From: Lama glama
Lineage: Eukaryota
Length of the DNA: 64,000 nt
NCBI GenBank assembly: GCA_028534125.1
Contig: CM052816.1
Coordinates: forward strand, 60,266,001 to 60,330,000
Reading direction: 5' to 3'
Below are positions 48,711 to 62,700 of this stretch, piece after piece. The position numbers were made by a program, and so were the translations under genes. The notes beneath the pieces were generated by a model. That model was not told the DNA's origin. It did not search any database and worked only from the letters and a program-made list of their open reading frames with translations. How positions within the stretch are numbered: position 1 is the first letter of the stretch; each line of letters starts with the position of its first letter.

Positions 48711-51113
48711 AACTAAGACATGTAGAGGATGGAGAAAGACTGCACTCAGCTACACAGTTCCAGCCTCATCTCCCAGATGAACTCTCCCCCGCTTTTGGCA
48801 CATCTTAAACTCAGAAGCAGCCAGGACAACAAATCCGATCCTGAAGGGTGGCTTCCATGAAGTAAGGATGTTTCCTATCTGAATTGCTAAAACAGAGTGG
48901 GAGCCAAACAACTCCTTCACTCAACTCTCTATTCATTGACAATCCACAAACCTTCTTTGGCCTGAAAACTCTCATGGGGAAAAGGCTTATCACTCTGAGG
49001 GAGTGGAGAGCTTCCACTTTCCATTCGGCTAGCTAAAGTGTTTATTTGGAAAGATCTAAAGACAACTAGAAAGAGGTTCTGCCATCTTTCATGCAGGTCC
49101 ATAGGTAGAGGCAACTATGCATCCAAGTGCCACATCTGAGACCCCATTACTAAGTAGGGTTTCTTCTTGGAGTTGTACCATGAGGTCCCACTAGCCCCTC
49201 CAGGCTCTGTTACGCACACGTCTGCATTTATTTGTGGGGGTGTACAGGGATATGGACACAGCTAGAATTGACTTTCATTCCATGGCACAGCTGGGACTCT
49301 GATGAGAATAAAGCATAGAAGTATGAGCTACTGGTCAAGACAGATATACTTTACCTTGTTTTTGTAATAACTATATATTCCAGTGAGTTCTGTACTACAA
49401 ATAAACGTGACTAGTAGTCAAACCATCTATCTTAGTACAACATTAAAGTAAAAAACTGCTATCTTCTACATTAATTATCTAAGTTGTATAATTAAATATG
49501 TAGATAATAAATATCCTTATACATCTTTGGGCAATAACTCTGAGAATTTACAATAATTACATAAACATGCCTTCTTGATGAAGATAATTTTTGATAATCT
49601 TATGTACAAACATTAAAATAGGATATATTAGAGTTATTCTACCTTCCATATTTAATGTGATATATTTGGATTATCACAAATAAAGGTAATGGGCTAATTT
49701 AAGCCCAACTTCTTTTCATAGGGAGTTTCATTTTCATTTGCATTCAGAATTACTATATAAGGTGAAGTCCAACGGTAAGGAGGGGAGGAGTCCTTACCAT
49801 CCACATCCGTGTCAGCTCTGTGAGTCACTGAAAAATGATGGATTTTTTTTTCCTGTCTCTTTTGAACATAATTCTGTGGTCTAAATTATCACAGGAGAAA
49901 AAAATGTGCCTAAGAGGCTATGATTTACAATTAATCTGTTTCATGCTGATTAGCATAAATGACCATGATAGAAAACTGCATGCAAAACCTAGAAGAGTCA
50001 ATGAAAGATATTGATCCACAACAGCAATTACAGGAGGAAAAATTGCTTATGCTTCAAGCTTCCTATCTCATTTGGTAGAGGATCTTTTAACCTGAAAATG
50101 AGTCTATGTTTACAAAGCATTCTTATGGTCACATGACTCACCTTTCACGAGCAAATGGACAAATCCAGTCTCAACACTTTGTTGTACTCCCAGGTCTATT
50201 AGACTAAGAGTCTGTACCTAGATTAATGTAGAGGCATTTACAAGGCAACTGCAAAGCCAAAAGAATCCCCCTCTCAATCTGAAATCAATACTGGGAAATG
50301 ATGTTGAATTAGGCAAGTGGCATGTCATTTAAAAGCATTCATAGTTTCCTCCCCCCTAAAAAAATTTCTTTCTCCAAAATGCAAAGTTGAAGGGGTAGTT
50401 AGGTAATGAGAAGAAATGGCTTCCATATTCTGATACAATTAGGAGAAATTTTGCTTGTCACTCCTCTTATGCAGAACATACTCAGAACTTCACCGTTAAA
50501 ACACTTACAAACTCTAAGAAAGAAAACGACCTTAAGGTAAGTAAATGAGAGGTACTTTATCACTGTTATTCCTTAACTTCTTTCTAACTCAAAGATCTCA
50601 CTTTCCATCCTGGCAATACAATTCCACCCTAGTTAAGCAGGCAGGCACAGAACACGATCTCCGTGTTCACGGCCTTGATTCTAAGGAGACATGTGTGGTT
50701 ACAACAAAGCAACAGCAGTGCTCTGAGGGCAAGATGCTGAGAGACACAGGCTCCTCTAAGGTAAGTAAGGGACACAAGCCCTGGTTCTGGGGTCCCTCCA
50801 GAGGCAGATGACCGGGGTGACAGCAGTCTCTGGCACTCTCTCACTATTGTTTCCTTCGCTTCCTAGTAAAGGAAGCTAGATGTCTTTTCTAGCTGTCTTT
50901 TACTGCTAAGTAAAAGCAACAGATGAAACCCAGGGAATTTCTCACTGCTTACTTCCCTGGTGTATCAAAGGTTACTTTTCTAACGTAAGATCCCCTTGAC
51001 TATGCCAGCCCCCAAAGTCAGGGTTCCAACACACTTGACAGGCCATCTGGGTCAGCCTTTCTCTATACTGCTATGGAGTCTGAGCTGCCAGGGATGCAGG
51101 GAGCTTCTGGAGC

Positions 51114-51590
51114 CAGCTGTTCCTGACCTCTGTAGAGTCCGTGGACTTCTAAGGGGCCTATAAAGAGAAATTAATGGGTCTACAAACTTGGACTGTTCTG
51201 TGGTTTTTTGCTGACCGCAAACTGAAATGTATCATTTCCTTCAGGAGCATTCACAGTGGTAGCAGTCCTTCTGATTTTGTCACTAATAGAAATCATGTAT
51301 GTTTTCATATCATGTTATAGTTGCTGCAGATGTATTAAAAAATCATTTATACATAGTATCACTTCAAAATTATGGTAGTTACTAGAGCCACCTCAAGATC
51401 TTGGTATGTGACATGTTAGTAAAGAATCACATGTATCACCAACTTTTCATTTTTTAATGACTATTTCAATGTAACTGGCTTCCTTTCTAATCCTATGTAT
51501 TTTTAGAATTTTATTTTATGCATTTAAAACCATCCTGAAAAGTGGTCCACAGGCTTTACCTTACTGACAATGGAATCCAGGCTTTTAAAA
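51114..51590 (+). mobile_element. Charlie4a (hAT) DNA transposon
   Basis: ttttgtcactaatagaaatc...cttcaaaattatggtagtt...ttttattttatgcatttaaaac...ggtccacaggcttt matches the recalled Charlie4a consensus. Confidence 0.8.
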
Positions 51591-54110
51591 GCAGGAAAGC
51601 AGTGGAGGCCCGGGAAATCCTGCCAATGTCACATGACTCGTTAGTGGCAGACATGTGACTAGAAGCAAGACCCCTGACTTCATTGCTCGCAGAGTCCTTT
51701 ATAGCTGCAGCTTCGAGTAACCCACCTGTGGTCATGTGCTACCACATAATCGTTGGCTTCCCAAAGAGTCTCCTACAAACGTCTAACTAGATCAAGGCCA
51801 AAAGACTCTCGTTTGCTGGGAAAGATGAAGGATGTTCTCTGAAAGCCAAATCCAGCATATAGGAAGGTTTTCTAACTCCTGTATCTCACTCTCTTCCCAG
51901 AGACGGAAGCTATGGTTTTGAGTATGGATTGAAGCTGAGCTGGAAGAGAATATATACACGATGGAATATAGAACAAACAACACCCCAAAATTCTTTAGAG
52001 TATCTTCATATCCTTGAGAATCCCTCATCTCCACACAGACTATTTTCATTGAACACCGCCCCTGCTCTACCAGCTTAGCCCTCACATGCTTTGTACGCCA
52101 TCTGTAAGGTGGCATTTCGGTGACTCCAGGTGTTCAACAATAGCATACTTGTACCAAAAGGTAGATATGGCTATTCATCATGGGTAATTTATGAGCCTGC
52201 CCAACATGAGATGAGGGAGGGGGAAATATCAAACTCCAAAAAGGCTGAAGCTGCTGAAGGTCATGGCATGGAGGCTCAATCTTATTTCACACACACAAAT
52301 CAGATCAACTGAAGATGGAAATGCATAATACATTAGACAAACAGTTTCAAACCTTGATAAAAGCAGACCTTGGAATGTGCATTAACAGCAATTTGCATTT
52401 AATAATGTTTCACATTTGAACATTAAATGTGTTGAGGGGGAAAAGCAAATAAAAACATATCCAATTGCTTTCTTGAAATATTGATGACAGTACAAAGTTT
52501 AGAGCAGTAACAAAACGCCCAGGAGTTATTTGCTCCTGTAACAGTAACTTCTACCCTATATCTGTCCCTGCCTGCCTCTCTCTACTTCCCAAGTTCCACA
52601 AGAGGGATTTTTATTCTTTTAGAAGCTTTTCACCCTAAAGCATATGCAATGTGCATTCCAGACTTGAATCTGGCAATGATGTACCCTCCTGTCATTTATT
52701 TGCTAGAGAAAATATGGAACACCAGACTGCCAATCTAGCAATAATGTACCATGTGATATGCGAGTCACAAACTTGGAAGGAACCTCAAGCAGACATAAAA
52801 GCTACTTGGCACTAGGTATCAAAATTCATAAACATGTTCACGTCACTTCGACCTGAAAATCTCTATTCTGGGAATTTATCCTAAGGAAATAGTTCCAGAA
52901 GACAGAAAAAGCTATATGCATGAATATGCTCACTGTGGAGTGCTTTCATTCAATAAACCTTTATTAAGTGTCTATTATGTGCCAGGCACTATGCTGGCAC
53001 AAAGTCTCTGCTTTGAGGTATTCACAATCAGCTGGGAATTCAGATAAGTATACACAGAATTACAACACATTGGGATAAATGCTAACAGGGCTGCAAAGAA
53101 GCACTAAAAACACGAAAATGTGCTGGAATCGAAAGGCAAAGAGAGTCAAGTCAACATTTTAGGTAATGCTTTTATAATTTCTTCACAGTGTTATTTTTAA
53201 AGACACACAGTAATGTTAAACTGATTTAAAAATCTCTCTATTCTGAAAAAGTCTTCCTCAATACATTTTTCGAAGTGGAAAATAACAAGCAAGCATAATT
53301 GTCCTTAAGGGCTCTGTGAGGTCCTACACCTTTCTCTTCACCGTGCGTGGGAGCTGGAGGGCAACCAGCCACCACCACGCCCTCACCAGGCACATCCCGC
53401 CAGGACAGTCCTGCTCGTAGTTTTCTACTGGACACCAGAATGTCCCTCATCAAAACTGCAGAGGAACTCCAAGTTCATTTTGCTTAAAACACAAAACAAA
53501 ATAAACAAACGAAAATTTTTTTCTCGCTCCCTTGAGAACTTTCTCTTTCCAATGGCCCAGAGTTGCTTCAGGAAAGTCTTGCGGTAAGATTTCAGAAGGT
53601 GCTTTGCTGAAGATGGTTTGTATAATGTAGAATGATTTTTTAGTGTACTGAGAAATGAAAAAAATTCCACAGTGTTAGGGGCTGGGTGGGAAGCTTCTGA
53701 AGAAGTGTTCACTGGACACACCCACTAATTCGTTGTGAGAAGCTAAACTAAATTGGCACATGTCGCAACCTAAACAGCAATGCCTTTATTTACAGTTGGA
53801 TCAGAGAAAATTCTATGCCTCTAACGTGCACAACACCCAATTCAAGTCAAGACATGCTACAGCTACATCAGGGCGTGGGAGCCGTGGAGACGCCTTCCCA
53901 GTGTGTTCCGGCCTGTGTCTCGGCTCAAGGCTTTGGCTGTGCTCCAGAAGCGGGGAGGGGCTTCAGAAGACTCACTGGAGAAGGCCATGCCTGCACCACC
54001 TTTCTTTACAGAATGCCTACAGGGAAAGACTACACTGAAAATCGTCCACGTCAAGAAGGTAAAATTAGCACTTATTGAGTGCCTACAGTTGCTAGGCACT
54101 GCCCTAGGTC

Positions 54111-54332
54111 CCAGTTTGGCCAAGATTTTCTGTGAAGAGCCAGATAGTATATGCTTCTGGCTTTGCAGGCCAGAGTCTCTGGTTACAAGTACTGGATTAT
54201 GCTATTGCTGTACAAGCAGACATAGATCATATCTAATTGAATTGGTGTGGCCGAGTTCTAATAAAGCTTTATGTACAAAAACAGGTGATAGGCCTGATTT
54301 GGCCAGCAGACTGTAAGCTTGTCTACTGACCT
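54111..54332 (+). mobile_element. MER58A (hAT-Charlie) inserted in a MIR (about 54065-54520, minus)
   Basis: ttttctgtgaagagccagatagt...ggctttgcaggcca...taataaagctttatgtacaaaaacagg...gatttggcc. The MIR core (gatgaggaaaccaag) resumes afterwards. Confidence 0.8.
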
Positions 54333-56784
54333 AACTGCTTCACAATTTATCTTACTGAAGGCACATGAAAGACTTTATGGCTATTTTTCTTTCTTAAAGA
54401 TGAGGAAACCAAGTATTAGAGATAAGGTTACCTGCTAAAATCACTTAATCTAGCTTGCTGCAGAGCCAGGATTCCAACCAAGGTCAGCCTGCCCCCAAAT
54501 CTCAACTCTTTCTACTATATGAACAGGGTCTGTTCTACCATGTGAACTGATGAGGAAAAGAAACCAACGTAAGGGAAAGGGGAAGAAAAAAAAAAAAAGG
54601 CAAGTCTAAATCCTTCCTCTCACTTAACATTAAACTATTTATGCCCAACTGTGACAGTAAAAATCCTGGTAAACTGAGTTACAGGTGAAAGATTTTCCAA
54701 GAGAAGCTTCTGTAAAACTCCATACTGAACTACTTCATAACCAACAAGAGAAAAGGAACCAAATTTGATATTACAACATGTCAGATTATGGCAAAGCTAC
54801 CAGGTGGTCACTCTCCTAGAATTCCAACACGTCCTGAGAGGATTTTGTAAAGCAGCCCCACTGATACTCATATACTCAGTAATTCACTCATGCCCAGACA
54901 GTGGACTATCTTAGCTGCTTACAAAAAAGATGTCGTACTTGGCCCTTCAGGAACTTTAGCAGAGTTGGAGGCAACACAAAGACACTAAAGAGTTAATTAC
55001 TTGTTGATACGAACTGTCACTTGAGGATGAAAAAAATGACTGGGGTGATGCACACAACTCAGTGCCTGAAACTCAAGGGAGAACAGGCAATAAAGATGAG
55101 TGCTTCTTCTGGCTGAACCTTGTTCTAGGTTCTCACTCCCCTTGAGAAATCAAAGATTCTATTTTCAACACAGTTGTCCTAAATTGGAATCTGGAGATCA
55201 GATTTCAAGTCCACCCAGGTTCCAATTTGCCTACCAGCTTGAAACTTTGGTATCTAAACATTAATTTCTTCATCTTACAATAAGGGGGTTCAACTGGATG
55301 TTTCTCAAGTCTCTCCCACGTTAAAGCTTCTACAAATCAATTTTTAAACATATAATTCTGTAATGCCAAACTTAAAAACAGTACCCTGGATGAAACCAAG
55401 AGGTCCAGATTTTTTCACCCGTAACATAGGGTTCATTACATCCTGAGAATGAGAAAAAGTTTCAGTTATTAAAACGACCTCCTTTAAAAAGCAGAGTGTC
55501 ACTTACAGAGCTGCACAATTTATTTCTGAAAATTAAATGATGATTTTCCCCAAAGGACAGAGGAAAAAGGAAGATGTGGAGCAGATGGATTCATTGTTCC
55601 CCTATGGAGAAAAAACATTTCTACACCTTGCAAAAATATATTAATTGGCCTGCCATCTGGCAAGCCTGCTCACATACATAAGGGATAAAGTTTAGAACTG
55701 GAGGTTTAACATTTAAGCCTGTGGGGAGATGGTAATTGGAATCTTTCTGAGTTAGCATGAGTATTTTTAAAGGGAACATTTCAAACGAGATTTGAATACA
55801 GGTGGTGAATAACAGAACCTAACATGTGAGCCCATCCAAGGTGACACCATGATGTCAATGGCCTCGCCCCGACTCTGCACACCAGTGGGCCGGCGTGGAC
55901 GCTCCCGTACCAGGTGAGGCTATGCACAAGGGCGGTGGCTTTCAGGGCACGGTTCTGAATGCCTCCCTACAGCCTGACAGATAACGCCCCCATGCCTTAC
56001 TGTACATTACTGGGATTTTTCAAAATTTCTGGAAATCTTACCATTGTAAAGCTGAGTGTTTTAAAAGAAACCCTTTTAGGGAAAAAAGCATCTCAACAAA
56101 CAGGAGGTACAATAAAATGCGAGTTTTGTGGGATGTACCCAGGAAAAAAAAACACTTGGAAGAATAACCCCTCATTTTTCAGTGGTTCTGTTTGAGAACT
56201 AGAATGCGGGGGTGATGATTTTGTGGTTGTTTATATTTTCGCCATCCTCTGTCTTGAGGATGCGTTAAGTTTAAACTTTATTTTGAAAGCTATATACAGT
56301 CCACTGAAATTAAAATATACTAAAAACAGTAGAAAGACAAGAACATTATTTTACAAAGCAAAGAAAACATCTTGAATTTATCTTCTATCACATGCATGTT
56401 TTGTTCTACCTTCACTTATACTGAATAACTCCAAGATTCCTTCTGGATCTCTTCTCCAACAACCACAATCTTGTGTCTGAAACTACATCCCTTCCAAATC
56501 TTCCATTCCATGGCCCTGCTTCCTTCCCCTATAAACAATCCCAAATTATTTATAACCACTTCCCGCTAGGCGAATTCGGTTTATTTGGTTTCTTGACATT
56601 TCTTCACCTGTATAGCATCAAAGGGGATATTTACACATTAATAATGCATTACACAATTTAGGTAGTTTATGCTCCTTTCAAATATCTCATTCTGATGCAT
56701 TTTCCTGGTACCTACTTGACATCACCAACCATGTAATAAGACAATGTGCTAATCACCTTCCTCATCAAAATGATTTTTAAAAAG

Positions 56785-57110
56785 GATGACACAATGTAAT
56801 ATGGTAACCAGACTGGGACACCTGGATAGAAAAAGGACAATGGGGAACAACTAGTCAAAACTTAATAAAATATGGAGCTATAATTTTTTAAATTGGGGGG
56901 CAGGGGAATGCAAAACAAAACATCTTATTCTAACCCTATACTGGCGTTATCAAACAATTAAGAAGCACCTAAAACTTTGTAAGGTGATGAAATTACTCTA
57001 TATCTTAATTGTGGCGATCATTACTTGCCTGTATTTGTCAAAATTCATAGAACTGCACACCTGCAAAGGACAGTTTTACTGTACATAGATTGTATATCAA
57101 TAAATGGTAT
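56785..57110 (+). mobile_element. L1MC/ME-like 3' end
   Basis: caatgtaatatggtaaccagactggg...tatatcttaattgtggcg...gtcaaaattcatagaactgcacac. Confidence 0.7.
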
Positions 57111-58289
57111 TTTTAAAAGCCAAAACAAAACACACATAGCTGTCTGGACTTTCTTCTTTTAGAGTGAGTAAACTGAAGTGGTAAGTTCTGTGTCAGTAGG
57201 AATCTGAAGAAATCCTGGGCCTGGATTATTAGCCATGAAAAACACCTTCTTTGGAGCACCCAAAAGGAAGACATCTTCCACTCCATCCTCAGGAAGGGAC
57301 AGTCATTCCTCAAAAGCAGCTCACACATTGTGCCACTGAGGGCTAAGAGATGGTCAGTGAAGGGTTTCCGTGGTTTAGAGAATTCTGGATGTAATATTTG
57401 AGCCTTTTGCATGTTGTACTTCATTTTTACACAACTATTTTAAGCATAATGAAGCAGGTACATCTTAGTCCTCCAAACACAATGATCTTCACAGAGGAAA
57501 ATATGTATTTAAATATCAACTCATCTCCTTAAAAACTCAGTTAGCATGAGCACAGTTGTACTTATCATTAGCATAATCAAGAGAAATTATTGTTAATTGT
57601 AAAAAGTGAAGAAGAAGACTGTAAGCCATTCATCTCCAAGATCCCAACAGATCTTTCCTGGCATTCCCACTGTAGTGCCACAAGGTAGGAGATGCAAGAA
57701 CTTTCGTCCCTTCTGTGAAATGCACTGAATGCTCTATTACATGATCAGCAAGGATTCTGAGATGACTCCATCATATACATAAACTCACCTGAATGTCCAG
57801 GATTTTATAATGCCCAGAGAGAAATCTCAGCAAAATAAGCATGGGTGCAGTGGAATATTACTCATTCAAAAGGCCTGTAAGACAGCAGCTGTTCAGAGCT
57901 ATACCATAAGCAAAACCTCAATTCCAAAAGTGCAAGCCCACTCAAACACCATTACAAATTGTGACCCTTTACGAGAGGGAAATTACAGGAGAACACACAT
58001 ACAATTTCCATTAATGGGAAGGAGAATCAGCAGGCGGCATTTTAAAACAAAGTAAAGCCTACCTCTATTTTTTTTTTATTCTTTTCCCTCAGATAGCAGG
58101 TAGCATTTCTACAGTTAAGGTCAAAATTATTAGGGCTCTGTCTTTCACACATATCTTTGAATTGCCAAGAGGTTGCTGTATGATAAAAATTAAGTTACTA
58201 AAATCTTACTCTACAAACATTATTTTCCACAATTAGAATATTGTTGGAGCAGTATTTCCTTTGGAGACAGGATAGGATACTTAAGCTTT

Positions 58290-58630
58290 TATCTGATTTA
58301 CCACCTGCTACTGGCAACTTGGGGACACTTAATTGCTCTAAGCCTCAACTTTCTCATCTGCATAATAGGTATTATAGACAGGATTAAATGAGACAACATA
58401 CACCAAACTGCCTTAACAGATATTCTTTCTCTCCCCGCTCCTTTGCTGATGCTGATAGATCTCCTACTGGTTATTACACATTACCATAATTATCTGTCTA
58501 CATCACTTTCTAACCCCAGCAAATTGAGCTACCTGAACAAAAGGACATATCTTTGTTTCCCAGGTGATAATCATAGCCCTGGTCACATAAAAGGTACTCA
58601 ACAAATATTTGGTACATAAATGAATCAACA
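58290..58630 (+). mobile_element. MIR followed by an L2 3' end
   Basis: taagcctcaactttctcatctgcataatag...ggattaaatgagac, then ctggtcacataaaaggtactcaacaaatatttgg. Confidence 0.7.
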
Positions 58631-59661
58631 AGGCAATGCGATACATCCCCAGACCTTGCCCACAGAAGTCAAACAGAGTCAAATTAGGTTACTAGGTTAT
58701 CAGGTTTCAGAAGGTGATTCAGGCTCATCCAGGAACCACAACGCAGGAATAGGATCACACTGAGATACTGAACCCATAAATAACCCCCTCCAACTATTTT
58801 TAAATGTAACCAACTTCCCATGTTTCAGAGGTCAATCCCCCAGATCTTGGCTTCTGGTATCTGTCTTTTGGCCCAGCTTATAAACATCCGACTTCTCTTC
58901 AGTGCTTTTAAGGCAGCCAAAGCCATGGAATTGAAAGAGGAGCTGCATGGCCTTTAGGATTGGAGACTACCCCCTCCCAGTTCAACCCCCAAGACATCTT
59001 AAGAAATTCAGTCCACAACTAGAAGGCAAAAACAAAACAAAGCAAAACAAACCAAAATCATTTCAGCCTAACAGGCCTTAGCATAGAGTTTAAGATATAT
59101 ACACACCTGGAACTTCCCAATAAAATCCATAAATGTTGAGCCATGAATCCCCTCCAAACATGTTAGTTTCTTATTAAATAGATTTGAAATCAAACCTGTT
59201 AAGCGGCTGCAGGAGCAGCGACAAGCCACTGCCTGTGGGACACACCTAAAAGAATGGAAGGTTTGAAAAGCGAAGCTTGTTTCCTCAGCTCCGGGCTGGG
59301 CATTTCAGTTACATGGGAACTAGAAAACTGGCTTCAAATGAGAACTATAATCTTTCTGGAACAATAGGTCATGACGAGCTTCCTTAATGCCAAAATAAGT
59401 GTTCGAGGTGACTTCTGCTAACTGAAAGAGAGTGTAAAGGGCATATATATTTACTCTGGCTTGAATACAACATTTCTGAATATGTCTATCAGTGCCAAGA
59501 GTCAGAACCCTTTTCTTTACAGGTTTCAAACTTGGGACCCATTAAATGGAATGCTTTTATTTCCTAGGAATGGCATCAAAAATTTGTATCATATTAATAT
59601 CCAACCAGCTCAAGGACCTGTACCTTTTGATTCCAAAATCACCCTAGGTCTGATGTGAGAA

Positions 59662-59701
59662 GGTAGAATAATTTCAAGGTTGGTAGAATAATTTCAAGGT
59701 T
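59662..59701. repeat. Perfect 20-bp tandem duplication
   Basis: ggtagaataatttcaaggtt x2. Confidence 0.95.
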
Positions 59702-62700
59702 AAGTCTCAGAAGGTAAAATAAACCATAACTTCTCTTGTTTAAAGAGATTTTGTTTTTTTAAGAAGCCATTAAATAATAAGTAATCAATCACAGTTTCAA
59801 AGAAAACTGAAGTCTACCTACCAAGAGGGCATCTTGGCGATGGAGATGCTCGTAAAAATGACATCAAAACCACTAAGCTCCAAGAACTGCATTGAGGGGA
59901 GGAGAGCTCTGATCTTGAGCCTGGATTCCTATGGTAATGAGGCTTATAAAAATCACTATTGATTTTTCACCTTAAAAATCCTAGATTTCCAAGGCTGACT
60001 TACTTGAAATTGACAGAAGAAAAGGCATCTCTTGAGAAAGAAAGCTACATTAAAAAGTTTACAGATCACATAGTGAAAATAAGGCAACTTTTACCCCTTG
60101 TTAATTCTATGGTCCAAACATTTAACTCCAGGTATCAAATCCGAAAATATGCAAGAAATTATAATTTATAAACATATTAGCTCATTTTGCAGATTCTTTA
60201 ACTAAAACTATGACCTAAGCACCCCTGAACTACCCCATACTCTACCTGTCCCACCATGGCCATTTGAGATCAAAGAGAAGAAATTCCTTTGCTTAGGGAC
60301 CAACTGCTTACGGAAAATGCAAATTCATAATCATCTATTTGACCTGCCAAGTCAGGTGACTATGCCTACCAGCCATTCTGTCACCTGTCCTTCCTCTGGA
60401 GCAGCTAAGCAAGCATAGGCTAATTTTATAATGAACTATTTTTTGGATTAGCAAATAATCTGTGTTTACCTAGCTAAGTCTAGAATGGAGACTATCAAGT
60501 GAGTAAAATTAATCCTCACACGGAAAACCAACCTATCCAACATGGCTTCACTATCTCCAATGCCCCATGTCTCACCTAGGTAATCTTCTGGGAAAAGTCT
60601 TCAATTTTGTATCAAAAAGTCTTGAGATTAGCCAAGTGAAAGTAATATTTGTACAGGAATTATATCTCAAGTTCCAAGATCAACAAGCCATTTCAGATCA
60701 GACTTAAGAAATAACATTACATAATAGTCACTTAATGTCTATTGTTTTACAGTAACAAAGGTTTCATTTACCGTATTTCCTAGAGTGCTTAATTCAGCTA
60801 GCAGTTTTTCCCATGGCAGACATCCTTTTCCCCCTTAACCCCTCCATGTACTTGTAAATGTAAAACATTTAATAATTACAATTTCTAATTAAAAGGTACC
60901 CATTGTACAGCACTTCAAGAGATAGGAATATTGAAGGGACATAGATGATTTTTATGCAAGTCACAGGTTCAGTGGTTTTCTTCAGATTCAGTAGCTAAGA
61001 AATCTAGCAGTGGCTAGATAATATAATAGTGACTCTCAAGACAAATGTCATAAGGTCAGAGTCAGGGTCCTGAGACATCAACATGCACTGTAATGTTTAA
61101 AATTAGAATAAAGCAGAACAAAGACAGCTTCAGCAAACACTCAAAGGGCAAAACGACCTGGTAGCTCCATTGATTTTCTTCCCTTTCTGATTCTATGACC
61201 CTCTGGGACCTCCTCAAGTTTCACAAGTTCCTCATTCCCTGCACCCAGGTGATTCACTCAGAACCTAAGGCACAACCTCCAAAAGACACCTGCAACGTGA
61301 ACGTCCATGTCAGGTTAGAAGATGCCCAGAGACATGGAGCTGCTCCTCCCCTGGGAAGAGCTAAAAGCTTACTGGAGGGCTTCAGAACACAAATAGTGGT
61401 TGGCCTACCTCATGTCAAAATCTGGATTTTGCCAATATATATGCGTATGTGTGTGTTGGTGGGGGGAGATTTTGGAGATTTTGCCTGCAATTAGTTTCCC
61501 AAGAAACCCCAAACTCTAACAAAATCAGAATCACTGACAAATGTAAATTTCAAAGTCAGGAGAATGTAGAAAGACCCAGGGTTCTGTAACAAAGCAAGCA
61601 GTGGGGGAGCTTACGTTAAGATAAACATGAATGGCTGTCTACTCTTCTTACCAATCTCCTTTACCTTCAAATGCTGATCAAAGCCTAAATTCTCTGCTTG
61701 GGCCCTTTTCCTCTTTCTTCTTTAACACAAAACAACACGACGTTTCAGTTTGATATTGCTATAATTACCTTCTCTAACAAGCATATCCAATAGCCATCAG
61801 TGTAGCTACAAATCCCATTGGTTCTCTCACTCTGTTAATAAGATTTAAGGTCAATATTTTCAGAATTTATAGCCAAGTTCACAGGGGAACTTTCCTAATT
61901 ACCAAGCCAGAGGAAAGAAAATAAAGTATCAGAACTACAAGCATTAATAATCACGTGAACTTTTATTTAGACACTTTCTCTAGTTACAAAATGTGCCATG
62001 GATCACAAAAATCAAATCTGCTACTAGATATCCAGGTTTTACTGGTAGAGGTCGACTTTGCTTTTAATAAATGGTTGTATGCACACTGTGTGCCTGCTTT
62101 CCTCCAGGTAGCCCCAGGACCATTGTATTATCTTGGATCTACTATTCAACTTTCAAAGGGATTTCTAAATTACCATGATGTCACTCCCAAATGACTAGGT
62201 TACCTGGAGCAAAGACAGCTCACATTAAAATAGTTTGCGCATGCTTACTCACACTTAGAGATGGGTGTGTGTGTGGTGGGGGTGAGGTGGAGGGCTCAGA
62301 GCCTCCAGTCCTAATCCCCCAAGAACACAGCCTATTCCCATTTCCACCCATACAAAGAGGACGCTCCCAAATTATTCAGAACAAAGCCCTATTCCAGGCC
62401 TTCTCCTCTGTGGGCCATCTTCACACAGGGGTTCACATGATTTCCTTGCAACCTCCACATCTGTCAGTTTTTAGCCCTCAAGGCAGATGGTCTCTATTGC
62501 GAGGCTGATGATTCCCCTGTTTTAAAGACATTGCTTAGGTTTCTGATAACAGGACATATGTGTGAAAAGAAGCCAACAAAGCCATAAAGGCACCTAATGT
62601 TCTGCCCCTTCCCTGGGAACTTACTGACACACATACACCCCTTCCAGTGTCGACCAGTTCTAGCCATGAATAGCCCATGCCCCACCAGGGACCATATGCT

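Noticed and set aside
53425..53670. Strong-looking minus-strand acceptor (ttttttcatttctcag|tac) with an open frame
   Set aside because: No convincing downstream donor, and the peptide does not resemble MAST4.
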